Positions 24,783 through 38,617 of a stretch of DNA of 64,000 bases are shown here, piece after piece. Source of the stretch: Vicugna vicugna (taxonomy: Eukaryota); the NCBI GenBank assembly GCA_013265495.1, contig MU058065.1, positions 9,341,720-9,405,719 on the forward strand, read 5' to 3'. A program made the position numbers and the translations under genes. Numbering within the stretch: position 1 is the first letter of the stretch; every line of letters begins with the position of its first letter. The notes below the pieces were generated by a model. That model was not told where the DNA came from and did no database searches. It saw nothing but the letters and a program-made list of their open reading frames with translations.

Positions 24783-26240
24783 TTCTAGAGTGAATCACGG
24801 TCATGAATTGTGGATGTGGAGACAGCATATGCTAAAGTTATTGGGGAAGGAGCTCCCTGTACATTTATTACAATACAAGTGGCTTTTAAAAATGAAAATA
24901 TAACAATATTTGATTTTTTAAATGTATGTATGTAGGTTGAACTTGATTTTTTTTTTCCTTTGAGGCCCGTAGATATGAGTGTATACGCCGGAGAGAGATC
25001 TCGGGCGAAGGGAACTGTAGCTCCTTTTTTCAGTACTTCCAAGTAGGAGAGCAGCAGCCCATTTAAAAGCTCAGAAGTACCACCAGTACGTACAAGCTCC
25101 TGTGTCACATTTCACTCCAGTGATGTGTTTGCAAAATGTGGGCTCCTTGGACCTTGAAATGGAGACTAAAGCACACAGAGCAGAGCTGTTGTCATGGAGG
25201 CCAGTGAGCATGTGCTCTGTCATGGTGTTTAGAGTGACTCACTGAGTTACATGCTGGCAACTCATTAAAGAGTTCCTTGAGAAACATTCTGAAAACATGG
25301 TAACATTATACTGATTCTGATGGTGGAAAGGAAAGAGTCCTGGCCTTGAGCTGGGAAAGCCTCGGTTCTGGTCCAGCCCTGCTGCTCTCACGCCGCCCTG
25401 GTGATGCCGTCTTTGAGGGCAGAGACCTCACTCATTTTATACATCCGAGTGGCCCTCGCGGCGCCCAGTCAAGGGGGAAGCCAGTCACTTGTTTGTTGTA
25501 GGAAGGTGTGACAAACACTCTGTGGACGAGCACCTGACTGCTGATGGTCTGTGAAAGGAAAGGCTTGAACTAGAATGTGGGTTCCCAGAGTGTGTTACAT
25601 GTACCGCTAGGAGAAGGGGAGGCTTTAGGTGTGCACGCATAGACTTTTACAGTTTTTATATATTTAAATGGATATTAAAAATATAACTGGCAGATCAGAC
25701 TCATGATGTCATCGTTTTTATTCCGTAGGTTGCAGCTATTTTGAAATGCATTTATTTAGGCTAGAAGTAACTATTAGCATAGTTCGTGGATATGAAAAAA
25801 TGTGTAGGACGTATGTAAATAACCAGTGTTTGAAAACGATAGTCTGGAATGCCTCTAGACCCCTTTTCTGAAATTCTGTATTTCATTTTCTTAGTTTGTT
25901 GATCATTTAATATTTTGGCTACGCAGAAATGGAGGCACAAGGGAAAATAGCATGTTGGTCTTTCCCCTTGAAATGTGGACATAATTATTCTTAGTCCTTC
26001 TTACCATATAGGAATATGATGAGCTAATGAACTTGAGTTTACTTAGGCCTAAATGGTAGCCACTGGAAGCAAAATGCAGTGTGATACCTGATGGTATGAT
26101 CCTGTGTCTAGAAGGGCTGATGGAAAAGGGGAGTGAATACTTGTCGAGGTAAATAAACATCCATTAACAAAAGTCAGCGTTCGTGCAGTCATCAGCTGCT
26201 TTGGGTGTGCTTTTCAGTTTGTCTTCTTCTTTCCTCCTAG

Positions 26241-26364
26241 GTTCCTGGTGCAGTTCAGACAGGACAAAGTATGCGTGAAGTTTATTCCGGGCAACCAGAA
26301 AAATGGGAGTGTCCCCACGTGCAAACGAAAAAACAACCGTCTCCTTGAAGTCGCTGTCCCTTAA
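26241..26364 (+). CDS. MYO1B: MYO1B last coding exon: FLVQFRQDKVCVKFIPGNQKNGSVPTCKRKNNRLLEVAVP*
   Basis: ctcctAG|G TTC...CCT TAA (stop 26362-26364); completes GA|G Glu codon; C-terminus LLEVAVP as in myosin-Ib. Confidence 0.96.
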
Positions 26365-27560
26365 CTGGCTCCTCCTCTCTGCTTCATGGACTTGTTTCTT
26401 TGTAATAGTGCAATTTGGTTTGGTTTTGTTCGGGGTTCATTGTACGTTTGGGAATTGCCGAAGGCTAATACTGTTAGAGTCCCTTGGCAAAATAAAAATA
26501 TTTGACTAATCAGTTTTTATTATTGAAATAGTTTTAACCCTTAAACTACACATTCTGTCCTGGGACAGGGTTGTAGAAACTAACAGTATCTAAGCCATGT
26601 CCTTTCGTGTTCTTTGTTTAGTCATTATGTTAGATCTATGTACCCTAAAGCAACGTATTACTCATAAATCATTAATAACTCTAAGTATAGGAAACGGTCT
26701 TAAAAGATAGTGCATTTATTCATCCACTATTTATTGAATGCCTGCTCTGTGCTAGGCACTGTCCTAGGTGATATGAAAACTTATTAGGAACCTTTTTGTT
26801 TGTTTCAAAGCCATTGCGTTCAGGCTGGTTTGTGCTGGCTTTACCAGGGCTAAGAGAGTTTGAAAATGTTGAGACCAAAACAGAAACTGCTGATGACAGA
26901 CAGCATCGTTAGGAACCCTGTAGTGTGGTCTTTAACAATATGTACTTCAAGAAGGGCTGGTCCTAGGAAGTAGAAATATACGACGGTAAAGTGCCTCTAC
27001 ACGTGGTTCCTATTTGAAAAGAGAAAACTGACATTTGAACAGGACTTTTAATTTGTTTGGATCTTTTGTAATTGCTTTTAACAGTGGAAGACAGTCGTTC
27101 TTATTTTAGAAAACAAGACAGAAGCAGATCCAGTAAGATTATATTTTCCTGTTCCTGGTAAACATACATGAGCCTAGATATGCTAATATCTGCAGAGTGT
27201 TGTTTTCACCCAAATTCGAGTAAGTATTTTAGACAGCTGATACAGTGTAGGGCTGAAGCCTTTCAGAGAGTGGCAAGAGTTCTGTATGATGTGCAATAAA
27301 CATCCGAGATCTTTTTTGAAAGTTTTATTTATAATATACACTTTGTATGCGAGAGGTGATTAGTACAGGATGCGTATTTTAGTCAAGGATCAAAATGGTT
27401 TGTGTTAATTTGCAGGACTTCCCTCTGTCCCCTAAATTTACAATCAGGATTCATTTTGGAAACTACATTTTAAACTTTGAAATCAAACTGTTTCTTATTT
27501 GGGAAGATAATGTATATACATTGGTATGTTAAATAATAAAACTGTTCTAATTTGGTGCCA
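26365..27560 (+). other. MYO1B: MYO1B 3' UTR (end approximate; could extend to ~27730)
   Basis: AT-rich sequence after the stop; AATAAA at 26491, 27295, 27535; L2 relic ~26715-26775 inside. Confidence 0.7.
27535..27540 (+). terminator. candidate polyadenylation signal (AATAAA); alternatives at 26491-26496 and 27295-27300
   Basis: AATAAA with upstream TGTA motifs and downstream T/GT-rich sequence. Confidence 0.55.
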
Positions 27561-27934
27561 TTTCCTGGATCACAACTGTATTTTTGTATTTCAAGCTATT
27601 TTCTTATGTTGTGTGTCAATGTATTGTCCCATGGAAAGGCTTCACAATCCAAACATTGTATGTTCTCTGTGTAACTGAATTTCACTTAGCTTTTATAAAT
27701 CAGAAACATTCATTGAAAGTATTTTCTGGGGATTTTCTTTTAATTTTTGAACTTAAAAAATTGCTCCCATAAAGAAATTCTCAGAAGCCTTTGTGTTTAC
27801 TGGTTCGGGTAGAGGATATAATTACTTTCTTTCTGTCTTCTCCAACATGGATCTGAAGTGGTAAGACTGATGATTCCTAAAATAGGTGAGTAGGACTTTG
27901 GAACTGAGAGGTGTTTTGTTTTGTTTTGTTTTGT

Positions 27935-28305
27935 TTTTTAATGTTTTTTAAAATATGTAATGTATTCACATTGTTCAACATACAAAAGATACAAAAAAAG
28001 AGATACATAATACAAATTCTCCATCCCATCAGTCACCCAGCTGCTCAGTTCCTCTGCTCCTCCCTAAAATTAACCATTGTTTTCAGTTGGTTTTACATTA
28101 TTTTATATATATGCTTACAAGAGCAAATAAAATAAGAGATCCTTACCTTCCTCCTGCTTTAGTTGACAAAAACTAATGTGTTATAGATACCTGTTCTTTA
28201 CTTTGCCTTTTTCAGCCTCCATTCTTTTTACAGTGGTGCAGTCTCCTGTTGTGTGACGCACTGTAGTGTATTTATCAGGTCCCCTACTGATCATCACTGG
28301 TTGTT
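27935..28305 (-). mobile_element. Old L1 (L1M) 3' fragment
   Basis: aattaaccattgttttcagtt...ccattctttttacag...tatttatcaggtcccctactgat...ggttgtttc. Confidence 0.5.
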
Positions 28306-29039
28306 TCTTGAATGGAAGTTTAAGGCCAGGATGGAGAAGACCAGTATTCCATGGGTCTACTTATTTAATTTTCCCAAATGTTATTTTTGCATGATTGTTC
28401 CTTATGATTAGCAATAATAACAGTTAGCAACAATATATAGAGAAACCATTTTATCTCAAACTTTGTAGTAGATGTTCTTCAAAGATTTGAAAACATCTCT
28501 ACCAAGTAGTTTTAAATGAGAGTATTTTTGTATCTACATCCATCAATTGTAGTCTTGGCTATAAATGAGATCTTCAATAATTTCTGGTCATGAAATTCAC
28601 TCTAGATGGGTTGTGAATTTACTTGGTAGAAATTTGTTTTTTGGACTTGAGCAAGAAAGCTTCCTTATGTACCAGGGTGACATTTGCCTCCTTCGAGTTT
28701 CCTAAATCAAGCCAGCCATCCGTGAACAACACAGCTGGAAGTGAGAGTGCTTAGTGCTTTGAATGTCTGTAGTGATGCCTCCTTTCTTTTCCATAGGGAG
28801 CAGGCTGCTGGCTAAGGAACAGGTAATTGCTGAGATCAATTATTTAGAGATTTTCACCTTAGAAATCAGATACTAAACCCTGGTTCTCAATCCTGAGTTT
28901 AGAATTAACTGCCCCTAAGAGGAACCTAAACTATGTTTTTGTTGGAAGCCCCTTGCATTCACTAGTGGGGAAAGCAGTGATACCTTGACCACACTGAAAA
29001 TGAGGAGAGAGCCGCCACGGTCCTAGTGACCCTGTCTAG

Positions 29040-29256
29040 AGCAGTGTTTCCTAAAATGTGACTAAGTCAGCCTGAGTCAAAATCATAAGTAAAGCTTGTT
29101 TTAAAAACAAAACAAGTCAAAAAAAAAAAAAAACCCATGCAGATTCCTGGGCTATATTCCTTCCCAACTGACTCAGAATTTCCAAAATAGAGTTTGAAAG
29201 TAGGCACTTTAAAGAAAATTTCTAAGTGATGAGGCACATGAAAGTTTGAGAACACC
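29040..29256. mobile_element. MER5-type hAT element
   Basis: gcagtgtttcctaaaatgtg...atgcagattcctgggc...actgactcagaatt...aagtttgagaacacca. Confidence 0.6.
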
Positions 29257-30954
29257 AAGACAAAATGAAGAGCTCGTCTGCAGTTAGACCCAGCCACCTG
29301 TCTTACCAGATGATTCTTATCACACCCAGGGGGATCAGGGCTGGCCTAGAGCATCCCTGTGGCTACGCCCGGCGTTGTCAGCTGAGCTTTCAGCGCTTCC
29401 CACCCACCCCCATGCCTGAGTAGAGGTTACTGACCAGCTGTAGCATTGCCGTTATAGCAGGTAGGCATCCAGTACTTCTGTAACTTTGGGTTTCTGTCAC
29501 TGTCCTGCAGTGGCAAATTAAAGCATTGGTGACACTCCAGATTTCCTGTGTACCCTGGCCACAGCACCAAAACTTGTTCCCAACTACCACTTAAGTGCCC
29601 AGCTCCTGAAGTTACTTGTAGATGTTGGTGCTTGAAGAAAGTAGTCAGGTAATGAGGACCAAACATCAAACCATGGTAGTTGTCAAGTTTGAGATGCAGT
29701 TGACACGGTTACTCTTTCTTGACATTGACATCCATCTACGAGGGAGCAAGAAAGGAACATGGGAAAGTTACTGTCTAAAAGACTGGTTACAGTTTCCTAT
29801 TTCACCCTCTTGGAGTAATAACTTGGACCCAGGACTCAGACGTAAGAGCTTCAGCTGTAGTATGAATACCTTTGCTCATACCCCAGGGTGTGTCTGTGAT
29901 TGCAGAGCACCAGGGCCAAGGGTTCTGAGAATCATAGACACATCCTTAGTGTTGAGGATTTGGCTGAAATCTAAGAGAATAAGCAGTTTTATTATCATGC
30001 CATTTCAATTAATATGCTGAATGAGAGAGCACTCAAGTTCATATAATTGAGTATAATTATGATAATTACAGCATAGTTTAAGATTCTCTGAGGCTAAATA
30101 TAATAGACAACAGCATTTTTTTTCTTATATGCTATTTTTCATGGACTAGGTAAGGTAATTTAGGTTTTAAGAGTAAAAAGCACTTTTTGAAAAATGGTGT
30201 ATATTGCTGGAGAAGGATTTAATAAATCCCGTAATAGTCTATTATATCAGGTTTTTACCAGAAGGCATTGTAGTAAGAGCCTTTGTTTTTAAGCTGGGCA
30301 TTGATTTTCTATTAACACTACAGCACTCACATTCAGGAAAACGATTAAGTGCAGCAGGAGAGGAAGGGACGAGAAGGGATGACCATAGTCTCGCCCTTCT
30401 TTCCTCCCGGTGGGTTTTCATTGTCCATCTGAAGATTCAATGTTGAGGAGTCAACACACCATCGTTGGAGGGGCTCTTTCTTTGGATCTCACTAACGATT
30501 CCACGTCTGTGCTCCTTCATCCTCAGGGTTTGCTTAGCTAAACCCTAGGAAGCCACGGCCTGGGCGAGCTGGCATTTGCTTTCTGGTCTCGTCAGCCTCT
30601 GCTCCAATAGACACTCAGTAGAAAATTAATCATTTTTGAGTTGTTTTCTTCCAACTCTTGGAATCGTTTGTTTCATTCTCTTTGGTTTGAAGATCATTTT
30701 CAAAATCTGGAGTTCATCACAGTACAGTGTAAACCACAATCTCTTCTTCATTACTTTTTTTTTTTTGGCTGCATGGTGGCCAGATCCCCTCTGCTGAGTT
30801 TCATAAAATTCAACAAAAATCTAACTGTAGGAAAATAGTCTCAGCTTCTCAGCGTTTAAGGAGGAAACTGGGAACAGGATTTAGTTCCATATTCACCAAA
30901 AGGCCTGGCAGTACTGAGAGAAATAATTATCATTTCACTTAGTTTTCTGATGTT

Positions 30955-31680
30955 TTTTTCAGTCTAGCTTTGAGATATGACTGACACTTACTTTTACATG
31001 TACAGCATAGTGAGTTGCTATATGTGTGTAGTAGGAAATGAGTATCACAATAAGTTTAGTTAACATCCATCCCCTCTCATAGTTGTTTTTTTCTTGGGAG
31101 AAGAACTTTCAAAAGTACTTTCTTAGGTCGTTTTCGCTTATACCCCATCCCAGTTCTTTTCAGTATTAGTCATCTGCTTACCATCTTTTGGGAAGTGCCT
31201 GTTCAAGGCTTTTGCCTTGTTTTTTCTGTTGTGGTTGTCTTTCTTTTTGGTCTGCAGTTGTATTTTGGATAAGAGACCTTTATCAGATCTGTGTGTGGTC
31301 TGTATCTTCTCCCAATCTGGTTTCCTTGTTATTTTCTTACTGGTGTCTTTTGATGAAGACATTCCATTGTAGTGTAATCCACTTTACCAGTTCTTTCCCT
31401 TAGGGTTGGTACTTTTAGTTTCTTGTTTGTAAAATATTTGTTTACCCAAGGTTAGGAGTATATTTGCCTATGATTTCTTTTAGGAGCTTTGTTGTTTTAC
31501 CTTTCACATTTAGTTCTTTGGTCTACTGGAATTTATTTTTTGCTTTGTTTTTGAATGGCATGAAGTAGGGAGTGGAGATTCATTTCTTTTTTTCCATATG
31601 GGTCTCCAGTGGACCTGGTGCCTTTTATTGAAAAGGCCACCCTTTCCCCTCTATTCTGTTACAGTGATGATGCATCTTTG
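30955..31680 (-). mobile_element. L1 fragments (3' end plus older ORF2 segment)
   Basis: cacaataagtttagttaacatccatc; minus-strand PDWEKIQTTHRSDKGLLSKI...ALNRHFPK. Confidence 0.7.
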
Positions 31681-33813
31681 TGTCAGTACTGAACTGTGTG
31701 CATCATTATAGCTTTGTGACACGTTGGCATAATCATGTTGAAGTACAATCCATAACTCTCCGAAGTCCTGTGCTCTTGTGATAGGAGAGGGAAAAGCATT
31801 AAAACTAATAAATACGTACTTCCAGGTAGTTGGAGTAGAGGTAGTTGACTGGGATTCTAAAATACGCCCTAAACATGAAATGAGCCCTTTTCTTTAGCCA
31901 CAGGGACTGCGCATGGAGTTCCTAATGGGATCATATGGGGAAAGTAGTAAAGGTTTCCTTGAAGTAAATTAACAGCTTCTCATTTTATGTGATACTTTGG
32001 TTTTCCATTAACTCAGTGTTTCCTATCCATATCACCATCATCCTCAGTTATAATTTTCCATAATCTTCATAGAATTACCATAGAAGTGCATGGGAATATT
32101 TTCTTTCGTTTTAGATTAAGACTGCCTGTCTCCCAGATTCAGTCCTTTGGTGGTGGATAGTGAGCAACTTCTGCGGGGTTTTCTAACTCTTTAACAGTCT
32201 TTCTTATCTTATGTGATGATAACTGTTTGTAGGTGAGGCCAGATGGTGCTACAGGTGGAGTCCACATCTTTGGCTCCTTTTGTACTTTTTTAATTAAAAA
32301 AATGATTTTTCTAAATAATTTCCTAGTAATCAGCCAATCCATTCTCTTGGATGCAGTTCTGAGTGAGTTAAATTCAGAACTGCCTAACTGCCTAAAATCA
32401 AAAATGATCACTGCAAACTCAGCTCCTTCCTGAAGTTGAGATTTTAATTAACAGAGAGGACCAGTAAAGGCGTGTGCATTTTTTTTTCTTTTTTTCATGA
32501 GGGGAAAATTGTAGGCAAAGGAAAACATGTTTAATATTGATTGTTATGTGCAACAGTAATTATCAATGTCTTGGAAAGTTACATGTGCCTGTAAGTCAGT
32601 TAGGAAAGAGGTTTGTCTGAGTCTAAGCTCATACATAGAAGGAAGAGGGATGGAGTTGTTGAGGCATCGCAGAGCAGAAAATTAAAATGTTCTTCCGTTT
32701 AGAAACCTGGAAGTAGTCCTTCAGCTACAAACTCTCCTTTGTTTATTCAGTAATATAATGTATATGGTAATATTGCCATTCTCTTGACTCTTCAGTCCTA
32801 ACTTCTAAGCGGGGTCAGTGTCATAGTTAAGCAGGGTAATCATCAGACTCCTTTTCCCTGTTAGACCCCCTAAACATGACCTGAAATGGATTTTCTAAAA
32901 TTTGAAGACAACTTTTAGAATAGAAGCTCATGGAAGAAAGGACTGTGTCTCTTAAACAGGACTCAGGACTGTTTCATTTAAATGAAACTACCTAATCCTT
33001 CCCGATGGGGGAAATCAGTAATTTTCTATTCAGATAGCCAAGCTGGCATTTTTGAGATTCAAGTCCAAAAAGGGCTTGACAAGTTTAATGCTGCCCAAGC
33101 ATACCATTTATGCAGGAGGGGAGAAAACTTATTTCTATCTGAGCATTATTTTATAGGATTGGGGTGACTATAAACAAAAATGAAAGATGTTCATAGGTAT
33201 CTTTTTGTTGGAAAACACCTTCACTTTACTATATCTTTGAATACAAATGGGGCAGACGATCTTGCACTGAATATTGTTATGGACAGACTTGGCACAAATT
33301 AAGGTGAGGACCCGGGAAATGTCAGTAGTTGGACTCTAGACTTTCTGATCATCTCGGAGGCTGTCTGGTTAACAGCTGTCTTTACTTCCTTGCACAAGTC
33401 GGACTTGGATCTGAAAAAGAAATGGGATCCGGTAACATTAAAGGAAAAGCACTTGGGAGCTGTCGCTAAAAGATTATAAGAAGGGAAGGAAATCCACCCA
33501 CCAATTTGTTCTTTCCACTAGAAAAAAATCCCCACAGATGAAGCTGCCATGTGGCGTCTTGAACTGCCCCCAAACCACACCAGACTCACAAAGTTTGTTT
33601 GAAAGAATTTATTTCAAAAGAGTGGTTTGATACAGATAGATGCAGATCTCTGTCCAGAGATGCCATTTCTGATGGGCACATGTGGCTAATTAGGAAGACT
33701 GGTACAAGGCTGCTCCAAAGTCACCGTTGGTCACATGGTTGCCGCTTACCTCCCAAACAAACCCATCTTTGAATACTTCATCCTTGGGGCGACCCCTTCA
33801 GGACTTCATTACA

Positions 33814-34052
33814 CAGTTGACCCTTGAACAACACAGTCTGAACTTTTCACAGGTCCACTTACACACAGATGCAGACTTTTTTCAATAGTAAATACTACAA
33901 CACTACACGATCCACCGTTGATTGAATCCCTAGGTGCTGAACTGTGGTTACAGAGGAACCACGTGTATGGACGGCAGCTGGAAGTTTTTTGTGGACTTTG
34001 AAATGTGCAGAGGGTTGGCACCCGTTACCCCGTGTGGTTAAAAGATCAACTG
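33814..34052. mobile_element. Tigger2-derived MITE (Tigger2a-like)
   Basis: TIRs CAGTTGACCCTTGAAC...GTTAAAAGATCAACTG; ~240 bp. Confidence 0.8.
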
Positions 34053-37000
34053 CATTTTCTGAGACATAGTACATTCTAGTAATGAGAACTGCTCTATGTT
34101 GTGTGTAGAGATTTAAATTCTTACAGTTTTGCCATTGAGTCTTATTTTGATGTGATCAAGTCACTTATTTTTCAATCACTGCATCACCACTTGTTCTTTT
34201 CATGAAGCTGATAAAATGCTTTTAAACTAAAATCAGGGCCCTGAATGGGCCATTTTGCTTTATCTTAGATTTCACCTCGAGTCTTGCCAAATATGTATCA
34301 TTAGACAAAAATACCAGTTGACGGCTTGGCAGAAACCTGACTCTGCTGTTCAAATGAAGTTATATTGAGAGTGTCTCACAGGTTACCATCTTGATTTAGT
34401 ACGCGGATGCTGAGGATTAAAAATGTTAGTAAAGGAAAAACACTTTCAACTCTTACCTAAAAAGAAGAGAATTTTTCCTTTACATGGTGGAATTTCAAAA
34501 ATAGCAGTGAAACAATATTAAGAGATCATCCCTGTCATCTAGTTGGGTGGATCTCAACGTTTTCTAGTATGAAGACTCTTCCTTAATTTATTCATGAATG
34601 CCTGCATGATGCTGGCCTTGCTTTTAGCATCTTCTGATTGGGCAGATACATGATTTTTATAAGTTCATTACTTAAGTAAATTTGCATTTTCTTAGTCATA
34701 GAACATCTCACATTTGCAGAATGGAATTACATATGTTTGCAGTCATTAATACAGTCAACAGATGACTCCATGTGGACTCATGGACCCCGTGCAAAAACTC
34801 CATAGTTTGGGAATTGCCAATGTGTATCTTCCAATTCCTTTAATATCACAAATGAGGAAAATCAGGGCCCAGAGGGATTCAGTGATTGGTCCAGGGTTTT
34901 ATGGTCTCTGATAGAACTAGCTTGCAATTCATGTCTCCTGATTTTTCCACTCTCCACCAGGCTCTCTCAGTTGGATTAAGAAATGATGCTCAAACTCCTG
35001 AATTTTCATTTATGGACTTCCAGTGGTGGATATTAATGGAAGATACTACAGTACAAAACACATGCAGGAAAGATGAAACCTCAATGTGGAAGCCCAAAAC
35101 TGGCAGTCCCCAGCACATAGTAATTGTTCAATTAATAGAGCAGGTGGAAACTCAACTTCTCCGTATCTAACCCTCTGCCTTCCAACCCTGAGTGTTCCAG
35201 TTCCCTTAAATAGAAAGTTTTCACTGTTCTTAATTCACTCAAGTTATATAATTAAATGTTCCAACTTGCTTTTCCCAAAGATATTTATTTACAATAATTC
35301 AGTTCCTGCCTCTGTCCACTCTCCCCACCACCAATAAATAACGTGGTATAATAACTTTGGAAGAGCTACCTTGCATTCCTGTGGACGATCCCTCTGGCAG
35401 GGAATGGGCACAAGCCGATTGACTGTTCTCATTTCCCAGGCAAATGTTTCAGAAAGAAACTCTCTTCTGTGGTCCTAAGGAAAGTAACATTTATATGAAC
35501 AATTAAATAAGTCTTCCCCTGGCCTGCATTCATTCTTTCCAGTATTATAGGAGCTATCTCTAAGCTAATTAAGATGGTGTATATTCCAAAACCAAATTTT
35601 ATCTTCAATATCATAAGTATAAACTACCCTGTAGCAGGAACACCCATTTCAGGAATACATTTTCATCATCCCCTACGTCTGTGAAATTGTTACTTGAGTC
35701 CCACTGGACTCGTGTTTTGTAGAAGAGCTGGTGGAACTACCCAAGGGCGAGTGCTTTGTGTCAGGCAGAGTCCGGCATTAACTCAGATGATTCTGTCCTG
35801 AACTCAGAGCTCTTTCAGACAAGTCGAGAGTAGACTTCTGATTTCCCCTGAAAGGAAGAGGAGAGAACAGACACCCTCAGCTGTCTGAAAAGACATGGGG
35901 CATCTAAGTATTTTATCTCTTAGGAGGGGATTGTTATTTTAAGTTTGTTAGTGACCTTGTATAAAGTAACAGCATTAAGTCTATACGAGACTTGCCACTT
36001 TATTTTTTAGAACAATGCGGTTGCTTGCCCATTTATTTAATTGGAAGGATCAGGAAAACAGATTGTTTCATGAGGCTGCTGTATGCCATGCCTGCAATCT
36101 CTGATAAAGTAGTGATGGGTGTTGGTACCAATTTTGCACTACTTAATCCTGGGGGCCCTGACATATTTTATCTTTTAGAAAGAGCCTTTTAGAGCAGATC
36201 GGAAGCTCCTTCCACAGTGGGTCAGCTCCATTAGATCTTAATCAAGCAAACACAGTCCAAGGCTCCTGTAACACACTTTTTTTTTTTTAAGGGATAAATC
36301 TTCACTAACACTCACTTTGCCCTGTTATTCCCCTTGCTTATCTCAGTCTCTCTAATCCCTCCATCCCCACCTCCTCGGGGCTCATGCAAGGCAGGAGCCC
36401 AAATTATTGGCATTGGAGTTTGACCCTGAAGATAGCTGAGGAGGATTCTTCAGTCTTCTCATAGCACATTAGTAACTCAAAATCAATACTTTCGATAAAC
36501 TGATATTAAATTGATGAAAATGAAAACAGTCCACGGTCAGCTGTGTTACAGACTGAAATTATGATTCGCGAGCTACTACATAAAAAAATGGGTTCTCTTC
36601 TGAAGCAGCTGTGGAGAAGTCTACTCTCTTCAACGTGACAACAGCATCATGTCCTCATTTTAAAAGTAGAGTCTTGACACCCTCCACCCTTACCTGCGTA
36701 CTGATCCTCCCTGGGTCCCCTGCTCTCGGGGTCGTCAGCAGCCCTGTAAAGACGCAGCCACAGCGCGACACAAAGTGCACTTCAAATGGGACAGCCTGGC
36801 GCTTCTCCAGCTCGGTGGGAGCTGACATGTTTGAAGCCATTTCCAGTTAGAGAAAAATCAAAAACAAGCTATCAAAAAGAAATGTAGAAAGTAAAACGAT
36901 GAGAGAGAAAACTGCTAAACTTAGAAAAATGCTAAACTTCAGGATATGCCTAAGACTGAATTTTATTATTCCACTGGGGATAGATTTTGTCTTTGACGAG

Positions 37001-37919
37001 TAGATTCTGTATAGCACATGGTTTAAAAAAAGAGAGAGAGAGAAAGAAAGAAGTAAGCAATTACTTTTCCGTTGCCTCTCTTATTTCTAGGCCCCTGAAT
37101 AAAATAATACTGTTACGGAAGAAAAGTAGACTAATGCGATCAGGTTTGTTTTCTCCAAACGAAAATGGCCACAGCGTTGAAAGTATTTTTTCGGCTACTG
37201 AAGTGTGGAGCAGGAGGACAGTGGTTTCAGCATCACGGGCATGTCCGTCAGCACGCGGTGTGGATGGCAGCTAGTCGAGGAGAGACAGCCTGGCCAGCTG
37301 TGGCCTGAGCACCCAGTGGCTCTCGAACCTGCACAGCTGGTGCTCTGGCCCGCAGAGAAATGGCTGCCTTGGCAGAGGTTAGGCTTCATTGCAGTTTTGT
37401 AAGGAACAGCTCAGTACTACTCCCCTTGCAAACCTCGGGGCTCAGACGCTAAAGGAGTTAACTGTATAGACGAGTCCTCCTTCAATTTCTGGCACGTATT
37501 CAACATGGGAAGGCTTATTTGCATTTAAATTTTAGACACGGGGCCTCTCTTGACTTAACAGTCTTAAGATTTCCCTGCACTTAGGACTGACAGGTGGATA
37601 TTTAAAACAATCAAACGTATCTTATTCTCTGAAACCACTCCAAGATTCTGTCTCTCTTGTGGCTAAACTGTTTTCCAAAACAAAAAGTGTCCAGAATCCT
37701 CTGCTCTGAAGATTGCGTGTCTGCGCACATTTGTGATCATATGCATGTGGGTATACATTAAGAAAGAAAAAAGAAGGAAAAAATGCCACACTGTGTGCTT
37801 GCTTCTTTGAACTTTAACCTCGTCTTGCAAACAGGCAGCTCTCCTTATCTGTGATGCATCTAATCAGGAAGTACTGGAGATATTTTTGTAAGTATTTTGC
37901 AACTTAACACTGCATCTTT

Positions 37920-38556
37920 GAGATTCTTCCTCCCTGATAAGCAGAGTCAACACCCCTACTCAGCCCAGAAGTAGTTTTGGAAGACGGACCATAGCCCCTC
38001 TGCACCCCTGTAAGATTATGGGAGTAAAATCTCTGCGTGGGGAATGAGACAGGACGGGGGCAGGGCACAGCCATTCAAGGAATAACACAGCAATTAACAC
38101 CAGAATGGTGAAAGATTCAACCCCCAGTAGGCCTTGAGGATTAAGATGGTGGGAGGTTTGACTTCTAGTAGAACTTGAGCTTCATTAAACACCCACTGTA
38201 ATATATTAGCATGGTGAATAACATGCCCACAGGTGCCATGGCAGTCCCAAGGCTAGCCACAAAAGGTGAGTGAGTGGTGGCCCAGTTCCTGGGAATTCCA
38301 GCCCCTTTCCCAGGTAGTTGGAATGGTCCCACTTACAGGTATGTGAAGCTACCGAGCCCGTAAAAATTGGCAACAGCACGACCCGGGGCGCCTCTCTCAC
38401 TCCCTCCACTTCGGAGAGACCCGCACTCTATCTCTGGAGTGTGTACCTACTTTTACTTTAACCTGAACACCCAACCCCCACACCTCGTGGCCTTTCTCTT
38501 GCCTTCTGCAACAGCCTGCACTCTATGCAGTACGTATCTCTCCAAGTAAATCTGCC

Positions 38557-38600
<44 letters not shown>

Positions 38601-38617
38601 AAAACAAAAACAAAAAC
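37920..38617 (+). mobile_element. ERV1 3' internal fragment + PPT + MER41-like LTR (U3-R only) with simple-repeat tail
   Basis: PPT-like gcgtggggaa then TG at 38045; MER41-like core; AGTAAA 38545-38550; (CA)18 + (CAAAAA)n tail; 12-bp flanking direct repeat. Confidence 0.7.
38561..38596 (+). repeat. (CA)18 microsatellite
   Basis: Perfect CA run. Confidence 0.95.
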
